Positions 18,069-28,270 are shown, numbered from the stretch's first letter. The stretch is DNA of 64,000 nucleotides from Candidatus Altimarinota bacterium (GCA_965250085.1 OZ252287.1:224001-288000), one strand, 5' to 3'. Translations and numbers: made by a program. The notes: a model not told the origin generated them from the sequence alone.

Positions 18069-19265
18069 TTAATCAACACACGGACACTTCTTTGCATCTT
18101 TAAAACTCCAAATACGATTGCACAGAATCCATGCTGCTGTCCCCCCTAGTATTCCAATAGTTAACTGACCACTAAAAACCAAAGCGAATATCATTATATA
18201 AATTATCGATTCCTTCACAAGTAACCCATTTCTGTAAAGATGCCATATCCCTCCGCCATCTACTGCCTTTAATCCTGCCTTCATTAAAACTCCTATAAAA
18301 ACTGCGATAGGAACAAATGCCAAAATATTACTAAAAAAGAAAACTTCTATGAAGACCAGAATTCCGACCAGCATTCCTACAAATTGTGATTGAGCCTGAC
18401 CGAGCTGGAGAAGTTTTGTACGAATAAAGCCAACACTGCTGGGAATTCCTCCAATAAATCCTATAGCTATATTTACGATACTTTGATTTTTTAATTCCCT
18501 ATTCCCATCTTGTTTGGGAGAAAGTGCTCGCAAAGTTATGAGAGTAACGAGCAGTATTAAAAACGCCATATTTAACGACTGAAACACAACCAACCCCCAG
18601 GGTATATTTTGCAAGGTGATGTCAGGTATAAGTTCAAATAAACCCGCTAATTCAACATTCAGAGTTTTTGTTTGTATTTTAAAGAGAAAAACCACAACGC
18701 CTCCAAGAATCATACTCATAAGCGATCCTGAAAACATTCCAAACCAAGATGATTTTCCTTTGAGTTTTTTGAAAATTGGGAGCCATAAAAAAAGAAAACC
18801 CAATGTTCCCAGAGCGATCCATATCTCTGGAGATAAAAGTGCTTCAGATAATGTTTTTTCAGAGGGAAAGAGTTTTTTGATCTGCTTCCAAATAATCAGC
18901 GCTGCTACGCCATTTATAAATGCGGAAACAACAACATTTGGAACATATTTGAGAAAATTGCCCATTTTAAACTGCCCGGCCAAAAATAACCAAACAGCTC
19001 CCAATATGCAGGAAATCATCAGCGCACCTCTGTTCTCTCCAAAAACTGTGAGCATTCCCACAAAAAGTGCTGCTGTTGGCCCAATTGGCCCCGATGCTTT
19101 TACTTTCATACCCCCAAAAAAACTGTCGACAATAGAGGCTATTCCGTAAGACAAAATCCCAATAAGTGCCCCTACTCCTGTCCACACTCCAAAAGCTGCT
19201 CCGGCAGCAACAGTCAAAAAACTTACACTAATCGCCGAACTGACGTCTTGGATTTTTATTTTCAT
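18069..19265 (-). CDS. SulP-family anion transporter lacking a STAS domain
   Basis: SGPIGPTA, YVPNVVVSAFINGVAALIIWKQ, NRELKNQSIVNIAIGFIGGIP, LAFVPIAVFIGVL; start overlaps the upstream stop codon. Confidence 0.82.
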   Translation of the reverse strand: MKIKIQDVSSAISVSFLTVAAGAAFGVWTGVGALIGILSYGIASIVDSFFGGMKVKASGPIGPTAALFVGMLTVFGENRGALMISCILGAVWLFLAGQFKMGNFLKYVPNVVVSAFINGVAALIIWKQIKKLFPSEKTLSEALLSPEIWIALGTLGFLFLWLPIFKKLKGKSSWFGMFSGSLMSMILGGVVVFLFKIQTKTLNVELAGLFELIPDITLQNIPWGLVVFQSLNMAFLILLVTLITLRALSPKQDGNRELKNQSIVNIAIGFIGGIPSSVGFIRTKLLQLGQAQSQFVGMLVGILVFIEVFFFSNILAFVPIAVFIGVLMKAGLKAVDGGGIWHLYRNGLLVKESIIYIMIFALVFSGQLTIGILGGTAAWILCNRIWSFKDAKKCPCVD

Positions 19266-20470
19266 AATGGATGTTTTGTAAGATTGCGACTCAAAGCAAG
19301 TGGATTCACAATCATCGACCACAACACAAGGAAAAACACCAAACAGAGAAACAAACTCTTCCATTCAAAACTTTGAGGAAGAAGAAATACCAGTGCCACA
19401 CTCACTGCTCCGCGAAGTCCGGACCAGCTCAAGATACTCTTCCAGCGAGATTCGAATTTTGAACACATGCCGGCAATAATCGGACTGCTGCCGTAAATCA
19501 ATAGGAAACGGGATATCAGCACTCCTGCAGCGACTCCCAGCAGTGGCAAGCTCCACGGAAAAGAATGATTTGTTAAGATTACTCCTAATAACAAAAATAG
19601 TGTGCTATTTGCCAGGATTTCAAGCATTTCCCAAAAAGTATTCACAAAAGAAGATGGACCAAGCCTGGAACAGGTTTCTTTTTGGCAAAAAACAAAAACC
19701 ATCCCTGCCACGAGTGTGGTAATAATGCCCGAAGCATGAAAAATCTCCTCACCAAGAAAAAAACTGCCATATGCGACCAACAGTGAAAAAAGTGCCTGCA
19801 CAATTTCTGTTTCCCGCCAGCGAGTGTAGAGCAACTTGGCTCCCCATCCTATCACGCAGCCAATCGGCACCGCTCCTAGTACTTTCCAGCTCAGGACTCC
19901 TAATGCTTCAAGTGTAGTTACTTCATTAGTTCCAAAGAGAAGTCCTGAAAGAATTGTAAAGAGTACAATACTGGTTGCATCATTAAAAAGTGCTTCACCT
20001 TCAATCATGGTGTGCAGTTTCTCCGGCAGGCCAAACCTTCCGAGCAAGCCGCCTACTGCAACAGGGTCTGTACCGGCGATAATCGCACCAAACAGCATTC
20101 CTGTAAGCCAGCTCACTGGAAGTAAGAGCCAAGCAAGTGTGCCGATAAAGAGTGCTGAGAGAATAACTCCGACAATTGAGAGGTATAGTATGGGTCCCAG
20201 ATCATCTCTGAGCTCATGCCAATGGAGTTTTCGTGCGGCGTTAAACGTATAAATAGGGAGGAAAACAGACAAAATAACATGCGGATCGAGAGTATGAATC
20301 TGAAGTTCTCTAGGCAAATACCCTTGCAGAAGACCAAAAATCACTCCAATTCCAAGGATCCAGGTAGGAAATGGAATCACGGATTTTTTACTGTAGTGGA
20401 AAACGACAACACTGATTGAAATTATAAAAAGGGCAAGAACAATGATTTCAGTTATCAGTGAATGGGACAT
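19262..20470 (-). CDS. CPA1-family Na+/H+ antiporter
   Basis: FGAIIAGTDPVAV, MIEGEALFNDA, ASGIITTLVAG, WSGLRGAVSVAL. Confidence 0.92.
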   Translation of the reverse strand: MSHSLITEIIVLALFIISISVVVFHYSKKSVIPFPTWILGIGVIFGLLQGYLPRELQIHTLDPHVILSVFLPIYTFNAARKLHWHELRDDLGPILYLSIVGVILSALFIGTLAWLLLPVSWLTGMLFGAIIAGTDPVAVGGLLGRFGLPEKLHTMIEGEALFNDATSIVLFTILSGLLFGTNEVTTLEALGVLSWKVLGAVPIGCVIGWGAKLLYTRWRETEIVQALFSLLVAYGSFFLGEEIFHASGIITTLVAGMVFVFCQKETCSRLGPSSFVNTFWEMLEILANSTLFLLLGVILTNHSFPWSLPLLGVAAGVLISRFLLIYGSSPIIAGMCSKFESRWKSILSWSGLRGAVSVALVFLLPQSFEWKSLFLCLVFFLVLWSMIVNPLALSRNLTKHPL

Positions 20471-20604
20471 GAGCAAGTCGGAAAAGATTAGAGTTCAATG
20501 ATTTTTAAAATTCTAAGATATATATCACACTTTCGTTTACCAGGTAGTTCATATATATTTTTTCTTAGTGTATCATCATTTTTGAACCTTAACCCAATCT
20601 TTCT

Positions 20605-21534
20605 ATGATGCAGAATCTGAATCCTGTACCAGAAAACGGGCGTGTACCAGTTTGGTACAATGGGAAGCTTGTTGCTTTTGAGGATGCCACTATTCATGTC
20701 ATCACCCATGCCGTTAACTACGGCACTGCAGTTTTTGAAGGTATACGCGTGTATGATACAGAAAAGGGCGTCAGTATTTTTCATTTGCATGCTCATCTGA
20801 AGCGTTTGATGAAGAGTGCAGAAAAATTTGGCATCAAAACACCTTATAGCTACGAAGAGATTGTCCAGGCCTGCATTGATACTGTTAAAGCCAGCGGGCA
20901 CAAGGTCGGTTATATTCGTCCACAAATTCAATTTGGTCTGAGCAAACCAGGCCTCGGCAGTATTACCGAAGTCGAGATGTATATATTCTTTTGGCCGTTG
21001 GGCAAATACCGAGAGAATGAATTTCTACGCGTGGTATTAAGTGATATAGAACGTATCTCACCGAAGGCCGGTGATATCGAGGCAAAAGTAATGGGCTATT
21101 ACACCAATAGCCATTTTAATCATCAATTTGCTCACCATCATGACGCGGATGACGCGCTCATGCTGGATGTGAATGGAAATGTAGCCGAAGCTAGTTCCAG
21201 TAATGTGTTTATCGTGAAAGATGGCGTATTGATTACCCCAAAAACAGGATATATTTTAAAAGGAATAACCCGTGCTAGTGTGCTTGAACTCGCCGAAAAA
21301 GAACTCACAATGGAAACACAAGAACGAGTTGTCACTCCCGAAAATCTCGAATCAGCTGACGAGATATTTTTAACTGGAACAGCAGCTCAAATTGATCCAG
21401 TTACGAAATACAATGGCAAGCCGGTTGGCACTGGAGAACTTGGAAAGTTCACTGGAAAACTTCGTGAATCATATGTAAATGTCGCAAATGGGAAAGTCGA
21501 TGGCTATGAAGATTGGCACACACCAGTTTCTTAA
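20605..21534 (+). CDS. ilvE: Branched-chain amino acid aminotransferase (class IV PLP enzyme)
   Basis: THAVNYGTAVFEGIR, YIRP, AKVMGYYTNS, AEASSSNVFIV, ILKGITR, ADEIFLTGTAA. Confidence 0.92.
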   Translation: MMQNLNPVPENGRVPVWYNGKLVAFEDATIHVITHAVNYGTAVFEGIRVYDTEKGVSIFHLHAHLKRLMKSAEKFGIKTPYSYEEIVQACIDTVKASGHKVGYIRPQIQFGLSKPGLGSITEVEMYIFFWPLGKYRENEFLRVVLSDIERISPKAGDIEAKVMGYYTNSHFNHQFAHHHDADDALMLDVNGNVAEASSSNVFIVKDGVLITPKTGYILKGITRASVLELAEKELTMETQERVVTPENLESADEIFLTGTAAQIDPVTKYNGKPVGTGELGKFTGKLRESYVNVANGKVDGYEDWHTPVS

Positions 21535-21562
21535 TATCTAACTTTTTTCTATTTTCTTGTTT

Positions 21563-22351
21563 ATGAATTTCAAAATCATTAAATCCCTTGCCCAAAAAAC
21601 CAGTACTGCCACTGTCACCGATGTGCTGACGAAAGAAATTGGTGCTGGTACTCACGGGCATGAATCCCAGTACTTTATGCGCGGGCTCAAAACTGACACA
21701 CCCTACAATAAATTCATTGGAGAGGCCGTCACTGTTCGTTCACTGCCCATGCGCCCTGATCTGGCACGCGATGTGCAGGCAAAGCATAAGGATCGTGTTA
21801 AAAATGGAGATCCCATGATGCTTGCTTTTGAAGAATGTGGTCCGGGAAAGGTGTTGATTATTGACAGCGGTGAGATGAGTGATTCTGCTGTTGGGGGAGA
21901 TACAAAAATGGCATATCTTGACTCAAAGGGCACCGAAGGACTTGTTACTGATGGCGGATTACGCGACCGCAGAGATTTTGCCGAAGTATTTAAAATGACA
22001 ACGTGGTGTGGCGGCTATACGCCGCTTGTGGGCACCAAAGCCAAACTCTTTCCCTATGAATACAATGTGTCAATCAACTGCGCTGGCGTCTTGGTGCGAC
22101 CAGGGGATTATGTTTATGGTGATGAAAATGGTGTCATCTCAATTCCTGCTGAAAATATTGAAGATCTTCTAAACGCCGCAGTGGCCCGTGAGGCTTTTAA
22201 CACTTTTCTCCGCGAAAAATCAGTTAAAGAAAACATTTCACCAGGTGATCTCTTTGCCTCAAAAAAGATAATACTTCCCGAATTTTTAGAAAATGCTGAT
22301 TTAACAGATGAGCAAAAGACCACACTTGAACCGAAGGGAGACAGTGATTGA
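21563..22351 (+). CDS. RraA / HMG-CHA aldolase family protein
   Basis: IGEAVTVR, SAVGGD, GLVTDGGLRD, VSINCAGVLVRPGDYVYGDENGVISIP. Confidence 0.88.
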   Translation: MNFKIIKSLAQKTSTATVTDVLTKEIGAGTHGHESQYFMRGLKTDTPYNKFIGEAVTVRSLPMRPDLARDVQAKHKDRVKNGDPMMLAFEECGPGKVLIIDSGEMSDSAVGGDTKMAYLDSKGTEGLVTDGGLRDRRDFAEVFKMTTWCGGYTPLVGTKAKLFPYEYNVSINCAGVLVRPGDYVYGDENGVISIPAENIEDLLNAAVAREAFNTFLREKSVKENISPGDLFASKKIILPEFLENADLTDEQKTTLEPKGDSD

Positions 22352-22450
22352 AGATTACAATTTTCTGCTTATATACATTTCGAACTTTGGTAAATATGGC
22401 ATTTTTTGGCGACCCCTCAATAATACCTTGAAGAAAGCAAAAACTAATGG

Positions 22451-22525
22451 TGGCTCCCCGGACTGGATTCGAACCAGTGACCTAACGGTTAACAGCCGTA
22501 CGCTCTACCGCTGAGCTACCGGGGA
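22451..22525 (-). tRNA. tRNA-Asn(GTT)
   Basis: TCCCCGGTAGCTCAGCGGTAGAGCGTACGGCT-GTT-AACCGTTAGGTCACTGGTTCGAATCCAGTCCGGGGAGCCA; folds as a cloverleaf with encoded CCA. Confidence 0.97.
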
Positions 22526-22601
22526 TTACATGCGGTGTATGATGATTTTATTTGATAGTATAATCGTCCTCCTGACCTATCGAGATGAGTTTTACCAGAG
22601 A

Positions 22602-23792
22602 TTACGTGCGGTGAAACCGAAAAATCTCTCTTCCTACTATTTGCCCCTTTCTCATAAACTCTAAGCTTCCCCTCTCTGTTCCATTCCCAAAAGCAGAGGC
22701 AATATATCCAAAAGACTTGGCACTTTCAAGAACTTTTTGCAGATACCAATACCCACCGCCTGTTTTTCTCCAAAAAGGAAGGCTTATGATAATGGTCTCC
22801 GCTGTTGCATGTTCAAAAAAACCTTGATATATGGAGGTAATTTTTGTTCCCAGTTTTTGAAATTCTGACTCAGACAGAGGTTTTGAGCAAATAGGTCCGA
22901 GGTATCCTTCCGTCACTACTGCGTGTGACTCTTTTTTTCCGGAAAAGGGCTTGGTCGCATCATGCTGAATAATATTCTGAGTATTAAAATCAGGAAAAAA
23001 ATGTTTTATGTTTTCTTTCGTAGCTACCACCATTTTAGATGCAAGATCACTTCCAAAACAATCGACCACTAGGCGTGCCGCTTCGATCACAATAGATCCG
23101 GTTCCACAAAAGGGGTCCCAGATCTCGTGGGGCAAGTCTCCTGCTGTATTCCGTGAAAGATTGACCATAATAAGAGCAAGTTTGGGAGGAAGCATCCCCA
23201 CATGCATATCTCTCACTGGCTTTCCAAAATCTCTTTTTGCAAAAGCCTCCACGTCTTGCGCTGCAAGTGTTTCGGCAAGTACAAATCCTTTTTTTTCTGA
23301 AAAAATACAGAATTCCACATTATTCTCCTTTCCCAATTGCTCTTTGTGATATGTCCCTGCATCAAGATTTTGAAAATTACGATTTACAAACCGAATGGGA
23401 ATATTATTTTTCTGGCACTCTTTCTTAACACCAATCAGGAGCGTCTTGAGAAAGTTTCTCCTGGCATCAGGAGGAAAAGAAGAAATGCCAAAAAGAATTT
23501 TTTGATGTGATTTCTCATATTTTTTATATATTTGCTTATATATTTCATCCTGAATATCCAAAACTCGAGCAAATTCTCCCAAAATACGTCCGCATCGAAT
23601 GGATGATCCGAGTTCATTATAGGTTTGTTGAGTTTCTTTTTTGGAAAGACTTAAAAGATCCTTAAATTTTATGACCAAAACATTTGACACCAAAAGGGAC
23701 TTTGCAGAAGACTTGGGAAACCGACAAACGATTTCCTCAAAGGAAATTTTAGGGAATCTGCCACATTGAAAAAAAAAGAGTTCCGAAGTCAA
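22602..23792 (-). CDS. Trm11/UPF0020-like SAM-dependent RNA methyltransferase
   Basis: RDFGKPVRDMHVGMLPPKLALIMVNL, IWDPFCGTGSI, VVTEGYLGP; exact start uncertain. Confidence 0.85.
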   Translation of the reverse strand: MTSELFFFQCGRFPKISFEEIVCRFPKSSAKSLLVSNVLVIKFKDLLSLSKKETQQTYNELGSSIRCGRILGEFARVLDIQDEIYKQIYKKYEKSHQKILFGISSFPPDARRNFLKTLLIGVKKECQKNNIPIRFVNRNFQNLDAGTYHKEQLGKENNVEFCIFSEKKGFVLAETLAAQDVEAFAKRDFGKPVRDMHVGMLPPKLALIMVNLSRNTAGDLPHEIWDPFCGTGSIVIEAARLVVDCFGSDLASKMVVATKENIKHFFPDFNTQNIIQHDATKPFSGKKESHAVVTEGYLGPICSKPLSESEFQKLGTKITSIYQGFFEHATAETIIISLPFWRKTGGGYWYLQKVLESAKSFGYIASAFGNGTERGSLEFMRKGQIVGREIFRFHRT

Positions 23793-23835
23793 TTTACAAC
23801 TTTTAAACAGTTTCTGATTTTATTCTGTCACAAAG

Positions 23836-24330
23836 ATGAAAAAAATGCTCATTCAGTTCTGGAAACGTCATGCAGATATCACTTTGCTCGGTACAATAGG
23901 GGTACTTCTTTTTTCTATTGGATTCTTGGGAGGAACCATTTGGCAAAAGCGTTTTGTTTCTTTGCAAATTCCTGATTTGGTGTGGGCGGAAGAATCTTCT
24001 TCAGAGGTCTCTGTGCTTTTTCTCAAAAAAATTGAGAACGGTGTTCTCTCTGGAAATAATGAGGGGAAGCAAGTGCGCTTTGTGATTGGAGAGAAGCAAG
24101 AAGAGATTGTACCTCTTCAGAGTGGTGAATTTTCTTTTGATGTCACAACCATTCTTCCTAATTTGAAGCAAATACCTGCACCAACAGGCATGCTCTTTGT
24201 TGCATCAAAGAGAGGGAAAAAATTCTGGCCTCTGGATGCTCCAGAAGCCAATATGCTCTCTCCAAAAAATCGTATTTTTTTCAAAAATACAGAAGAAGCA
24301 ACATCGCAAGGCTTTGAGAGAGGTCGATAA
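23836..24330 (+). CDS. Membrane-anchored hypothetical protein with an Ada metal-binding-like C-terminus
   Basis: N-terminal TM helix; FVASKRGKKFW...SPKNRIFFKNTEEATSQGF. Confidence 0.7.
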   Translation: MKKMLIQFWKRHADITLLGTIGVLLFSIGFLGGTIWQKRFVSLQIPDLVWAEESSSEVSVLFLKKIENGVLSGNNEGKQVRFVIGEKQEEIVPLQSGEFSFDVTTILPNLKQIPAPTGMLFVASKRGKKFWPLDAPEANMLSPKNRIFFKNTEEATSQGFERGR

Positions 24331-24451
24331 TGCTTTTTTTGATAGTAAGAACCAAGTATACACAAAAACTGGTTTTTAGTTTTAAAGTAAAATATATAAT
24401 TATTCTGTCAACAGATTTTTTTGCGCGCATGAAAAATGGGAGAAAAAAGGC

Positions 24452-24480
24452 TTGCTTTTAACGATATCTCCTTCTAAAAT
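24452..24480 (+). promoter_or_regulatory. Sigma70-type promoter of the infA-rpsI cluster
   Basis: TTGCTT-17 nt-TAAAAT. Confidence 0.65.
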
Positions 24481-24501
24481 TCCCTGGCTTTTTTGAGCTT
24501 C

Positions 24502-24747
24502 ATGACAAAAGAAGATGTAATTGAGGTGGAGGGAATCGTTGAAGAATGTCTCCCTGGTGCAAAATTTCGAGTTCGAATTACTACAGAAGGATTTGTCGAT
24601 AAAGAAGGAGCTCCTATGACTGTGCTTGCTCATGTAGGAGGGAAAATGAGAAAGTTTTCCATTCGAGTAATCCCTGGGGATTCAGTCACCGTAGAACTTT
24701 CGCCCTATGACCTAACAAAAGGTCGCATTACCTATAGAGCAAAATAA
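24502..24747 (+). CDS. infA: Translation initiation factor IF-1
   Basis: [53 protein letters not shown]. Confidence 0.97.
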   Translation: MTKEDVIEVEGIVEECLPGAKFRVRITTEGFVDKEGAPMTVLAHVGGKMRKFSIRVIPGDSVTVELSPYDLTKGRITYRAK

Positions 24748-24760
24748 TTTTTCCATACTT

Positions 24761-24874
24761 ATGAAAGTACGTCCGTCTGTAAAAAAAATGTGTCAGCATT
24801 GCAGAATTATCCTTCGGAAAAAGGTAGTGCGTGTCATATGTAAAACCAAAAAACATAAACAGAGACAAGGGTAA
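24761..24874 (+). CDS. rpmJ: 50S ribosomal protein L36
   Basis: Manual translation [37 protein letters not shown]; below the ORF-track length cutoff. Confidence 0.97.
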   Translation: MKVRPSVKKMCQHCRIILRKKVVRVICKTKKHKQRQG

Positions 24875-24940
24875 AAGGATAAATGAATATCAGGATTATA
24901 AGCTTTTAGAACTTTCTATTTTTCACTTTTTAATTTGCGA

Positions 24941-25309
24941 ATGGCCCGTATTGCAGGAGTAAACTTACCAAACAAACGAATTGAAATTGCCTTGACCTAT
25001 GTTTTTGGAGTTGGGCTTTCACGAGCTCAGTTTATTCTTAAAAAGGCGGGTGTAGACCCTGAAAAGCGCGCGAATGAGTTAACGGAAAGTGAAGAGAATA
25101 AAGTTCGTACAGAAGTTCAAAAATTCCCTGTAGAAGGAGATTTGCGACAAAAAATCTCTCTTGATATCAAGCGTTTGGAAGAAACGGGATCATACAAAGG
25201 ATATCGTCACAGGCGCCGTTTGCCCGTGAGAGGACAAAGGACTAAAACCAATGCGCGTACTCGCAAAGGAAAAGCTCGAGTCCAAATCACAAACAAAAAG
25301 AAGGTATAG
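24941..25309 (+). CDS. rpsM: 30S ribosomal protein S13
   Basis: [10 protein letters not shown]...[21 protein letters not shown]. Confidence 0.98.
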   Translation: MARIAGVNLPNKRIEIALTYVFGVGLSRAQFILKKAGVDPEKRANELTESEENKVRTEVQKFPVEGDLRQKISLDIKRLEETGSYKGYRHRRRLPVRGQRTKTNARTRKGKARVQITNKKKV

Positions 25310-25339
25310 GAATCCATTTTTTATCTCTTTGAAATTTTT

Positions 25340-25732
25340 ATGACAACCCCAAAAAAATCAGCACCAAAAAAGAAAGTAAAACGAGTGGTTCCCGAGGCAA
25401 AAGCATATATTACCGCAGGTTTTAATAACACCCTTGTGACCATTGCTGATCTGAATGGAGCTGTATTATCGTGGAGTTCTGCTGGTGCGGCTGGGTTTAA
25501 AGGTTCAAGAAAATCAACTCCATACGCTGCTCAGATGGCTGCTGAAAAAGCAGCAGGAAATGCGAAGGCATATGGGGTAGAAAAAGTTGCTGTTACGATA
25601 AAAGGAATTGGTCCCGGTCGAGAACAAGCTCTCCGAGGGCTTCATTTGGCTGGTTTTTCTATCTCCTCTATCGTCGATAGAACCCCTGTTCCTCACAATG
25701 GATGTCGTCCTAAGAAAAAACGAAAAATTTAA
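25340..25732 (+). CDS. rpsK: 30S ribosomal protein S11
   Basis: FNNTLVTI, GFKGSRKSTPYAAQ, TPVPHNGCRP. Confidence 0.98.
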   Translation: MTTPKKSAPKKKVKRVVPEAKAYITAGFNNTLVTIADLNGAVLSWSSAGAAGFKGSRKSTPYAAQMAAEKAAGNAKAYGVEKVAVTIKGIGPGREQALRGLHLAGFSISSIVDRTPVPHNGCRPKKKRKI

Positions 25733-25786
25733 AGCGACACATTATTTTTTCATCTTTCATTATTTTTTTACTTTCAATTTAATTTC

Positions 25787-26383
25787 ATGCGTTACACAGG
25801 ACCCAAGGTACGGCTTGCACGACGAGAAGGACAAAATCTTTTCTTAAAGAGCACATATAAAGGTGATTTTGGTAAAGTGCCAGGAGCTCAAAAAAAACGA
25901 TTTGGAAAATTGTCAGAATATGGGAAGCAGCTCAGAGAAAAGCAGAAAGCGAAACGTATCTTTGGCATTACTGAACGCGTATGCCGAAAATACTATGCAG
26001 AAGCAGTCCGGAGAAAAGGTGTTACCGGTGTGAATTTTCTCCGACTCTTAGAAATGCGATTTGATAACGTAGTGTATCGCGCAGGATTTGCTCTCACAAG
26101 AGCTCAGGCGCGCCAAATGGTGAATCATCGCGTATTTGAAGTAAATAAAAAAAGGGCTGATATTCCTTCTCAAGAACTTAAAGAGGGAGATGTTATCACT
26201 GTGAGAGAAAAATTTATAAATCATCCAGTACTCATACAAATGGAAGAAGAAAATCAGCTCTCTCCTAAATGGATTGACTCTGACTTAAAGAAAAGAACAA
26301 TCACCGTTACTCGAGTTCCAGAAGAAGACGAAATGGAGCAATCTATTGCCTTACATCTTATTGTAGAGTTTTACTCTCGATAG
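25787..26383 (+). CDS. rpsD: 30S ribosomal protein S4
   Basis: MRYTGPK, SEYGKQLREKQK, LEMRFDNVVYRAGFA, ARQMVNH, IVEFYSR. Confidence 0.98.
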   Translation: MRYTGPKVRLARREGQNLFLKSTYKGDFGKVPGAQKKRFGKLSEYGKQLREKQKAKRIFGITERVCRKYYAEAVRRKGVTGVNFLRLLEMRFDNVVYRAGFALTRAQARQMVNHRVFEVNKKRADIPSQELKEGDVITVREKFINHPVLIQMEEENQLSPKWIDSDLKKRTITVTRVPEEDEMEQSIALHLIVEFYSR

Positions 26384-26447
26384 TTCACATTTTTAGGATT
26401 CAATACTTCAAGAATTCTTCCTTTATTATTTTTTTCACTCTTTTCTT

Positions 26448-27422
26448 ATGCACATTATTCAAGAGGAAATCGGACCTCCAAAGATGACGGTTCAAACACA
26501 AGATACAAACACCGGAGTCTTTACACTGTCTCCTCTGCCTTCTGGTTTTGGTCATACTCTTGGGAATTCAATGAGAAGAGTTCTTTTGTCTTCTCTTCCG
26601 GGGGCTACCATTACCGCAATAAAGGTGAAGGGAGCTACTCATGAATATGCGACTCTTTCGGGCATAAAGGATTCTGTGTTAGATATTATTTTAAACCTTA
26701 AAAAAGTACGATTCAAAAAGCATTCTTCTGAAATGGAAATTATTTCTCTTGAAAAAAAAGGAAATGGACCTGTATTAGCAAAGGACATCAAATCTTCAAG
26801 TGACATTGAAATCTTGAATCCTGACGAAGTCATTACTATGATTGATGGAAAAAAAAGCTCTCTTTCTCTTCAGCTTAGGATCGAAAAGGGGGTTGGGTAT
26901 TTGCCAGTAAAAGATCGCGCAAAGAAAGAAGACGACGCCGAATGGATATTAGTTGACGCCGCATTTTCACCAGTACTGCTGTGTCGGTATGAAGTCATTC
27001 CTACTCGTGTAGGAGAAATGACAAATCTTGATAAACTCGAAATAGAAGTTAAAACGAATGGATCTCTTTCTCCTGAGGAATGTATTAAATTTTGCTCAGA
27101 GCTTTTGCAAAGATACTTCAATATCTTCAAAGCTGGAAGCGAAGAGATAGTAGAGCCAGACTACGTCACTGACTTTTCCCGAGCTTCACAGGCTGAAGAG
27201 CGGGTAGAGCCAGAGGAAAAAGAAAGTTACACTCCTATTGAGATTCTCAACCTTTCTCCCCGCACGCTCAATGCTCTTATTAATGGAGATATTGGGTCCA
27301 TAGAAGAGCTTACAAAATGTACTCTCGCAAAACTTTCAACTTTGAGAGGATTTGGGAAAAAAGCACAAGACGAGGTGTCCAGCGCACTTCAGGGCAGGGG
27401 TCTTTCTCTTTCAGAAGAATAA
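26448..27422 (+). CDS. rpoA: RNA polymerase alpha subunit
   Basis: GFGHTLGNSMRRVLLSSLPG, VDAAFSPV, LNLSPRTLNAL. Confidence 0.98.
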   Translation: MHIIQEEIGPPKMTVQTQDTNTGVFTLSPLPSGFGHTLGNSMRRVLLSSLPGATITAIKVKGATHEYATLSGIKDSVLDIILNLKKVRFKKHSSEMEIISLEKKGNGPVLAKDIKSSSDIEILNPDEVITMIDGKKSSLSLQLRIEKGVGYLPVKDRAKKEDDAEWILVDAAFSPVLLCRYEVIPTRVGEMTNLDKLEIEVKTNGSLSPEECIKFCSELLQRYFNIFKAGSEEIVEPDYVTDFSRASQAEERVEPEEKESYTPIEILNLSPRTLNALINGDIGSIEELTKCTLAKLSTLRGFGKKAQDEVSSALQGRGLSLSEE

Positions 27423-27451
27423 ACACTTTTATTTAAACTTTTTATCAATCC

Positions 27452-27808
27452 ATGAGACATCGCGTTCGATCTGTAAAGCTTGGCAGAAAAAAAGATCACC
27501 TCAAATCTCTTTTGAGAAACTTGGTAACATCTCTTGTTCTCCATGGGCACATTCAGACTACTGAAAAAAAAGCCAAAGCAATTCAGGGCATGGTCGATAA
27601 GTTGATCACAACTGTAAAAAAGAAAGAAGAACGAGAAGCAATACGAGAACTGAGAAAAGTCCTGTTTACAAAAGAGTCTTCTGAGAAAATGGTCCAAGAT
27701 CTCAAGAAGAGATATAAAGATAGGAATTCGGGGTTTACCCGTATTATACCTCTTGGAGTCAGAGAGGGAGATGGGGCATCAAAGGTCCAGATAGAACTTA
27801 TTTTGTAA
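27452..27808 (+). CDS. rplQ: 50S ribosomal protein L17
   Basis: MRHR...KLGR, IQTTEKKAK, RNSGFTRI...REGDGA. Confidence 0.97.
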   Translation: MRHRVRSVKLGRKKDHLKSLLRNLVTSLVLHGHIQTTEKKAKAIQGMVDKLITTVKKKEEREAIRELRKVLFTKESSEKMVQDLKKRYKDRNSGFTRIIPLGVREGDGASKVQIELIL

Positions 27809-27838
27809 CACGCCATAGATTTCTTTTATCCTTCACTC

Positions 27839-28270
27839 ATGAAAACAGTTCTTCCAAAAAAATCAGATATTACTCGCACGTGGCATATAGTAGATGCCAA
27901 GGGGAAAGTCTTGGGAAAGGTGGCAACAAAAGTAGCTGAAATTCTCAGGGGAAAACATAAAGCAATATTTACTCCTCATCTTGATACTGGCGATGCGGTT
28001 ATCGTTATTAACGCTAAAGATGTAGTCTTGACTGGTTCAAAACTTTCTCAAAAAAAATACTATCGTTCAAGTGGATACAGTGGAAGTGTGAAAGAAATAA
28101 GTGCAGAAAAACTTCTTGCAAAAGATCCAAAGCAAGTTTTGGAAAAAGCAATCTCAGGCATGATACCCCATAATCGACTCAAAAAAGGGATTTTGCAGCG
28201 CCTCAAAATCTATAAAGGTGATGAACATGCTCATGCTGCTCAAAGCCCAAAAATTCTTGAAATTTCTTAA
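27839..28270 (+). CDS. rplM: 50S ribosomal protein L13
   Basis: WHIVDAKGKVLGK, LRGKHKAIFTPHLDTGDAVIVINA. Confidence 0.97.
   Translation: MKTVLPKKSDITRTWHIVDAKGKVLGKVATKVAEILRGKHKAIFTPHLDTGDAVIVINAKDVVLTGSKLSQKKYYRSSGYSGSVKEISAEKLLAKDPKQVLEKAISGMIPHNRLKKGILQRLKIYKGDEHAHAAQSPKILEIS

Noticed and set aside
24580-24625. About 10-aa loop insertion in IF-1 ([12 protein letters not shown])
   Set aside because: No palindromic or repeat DNA underlies it, and variable loop length here is unremarkable.
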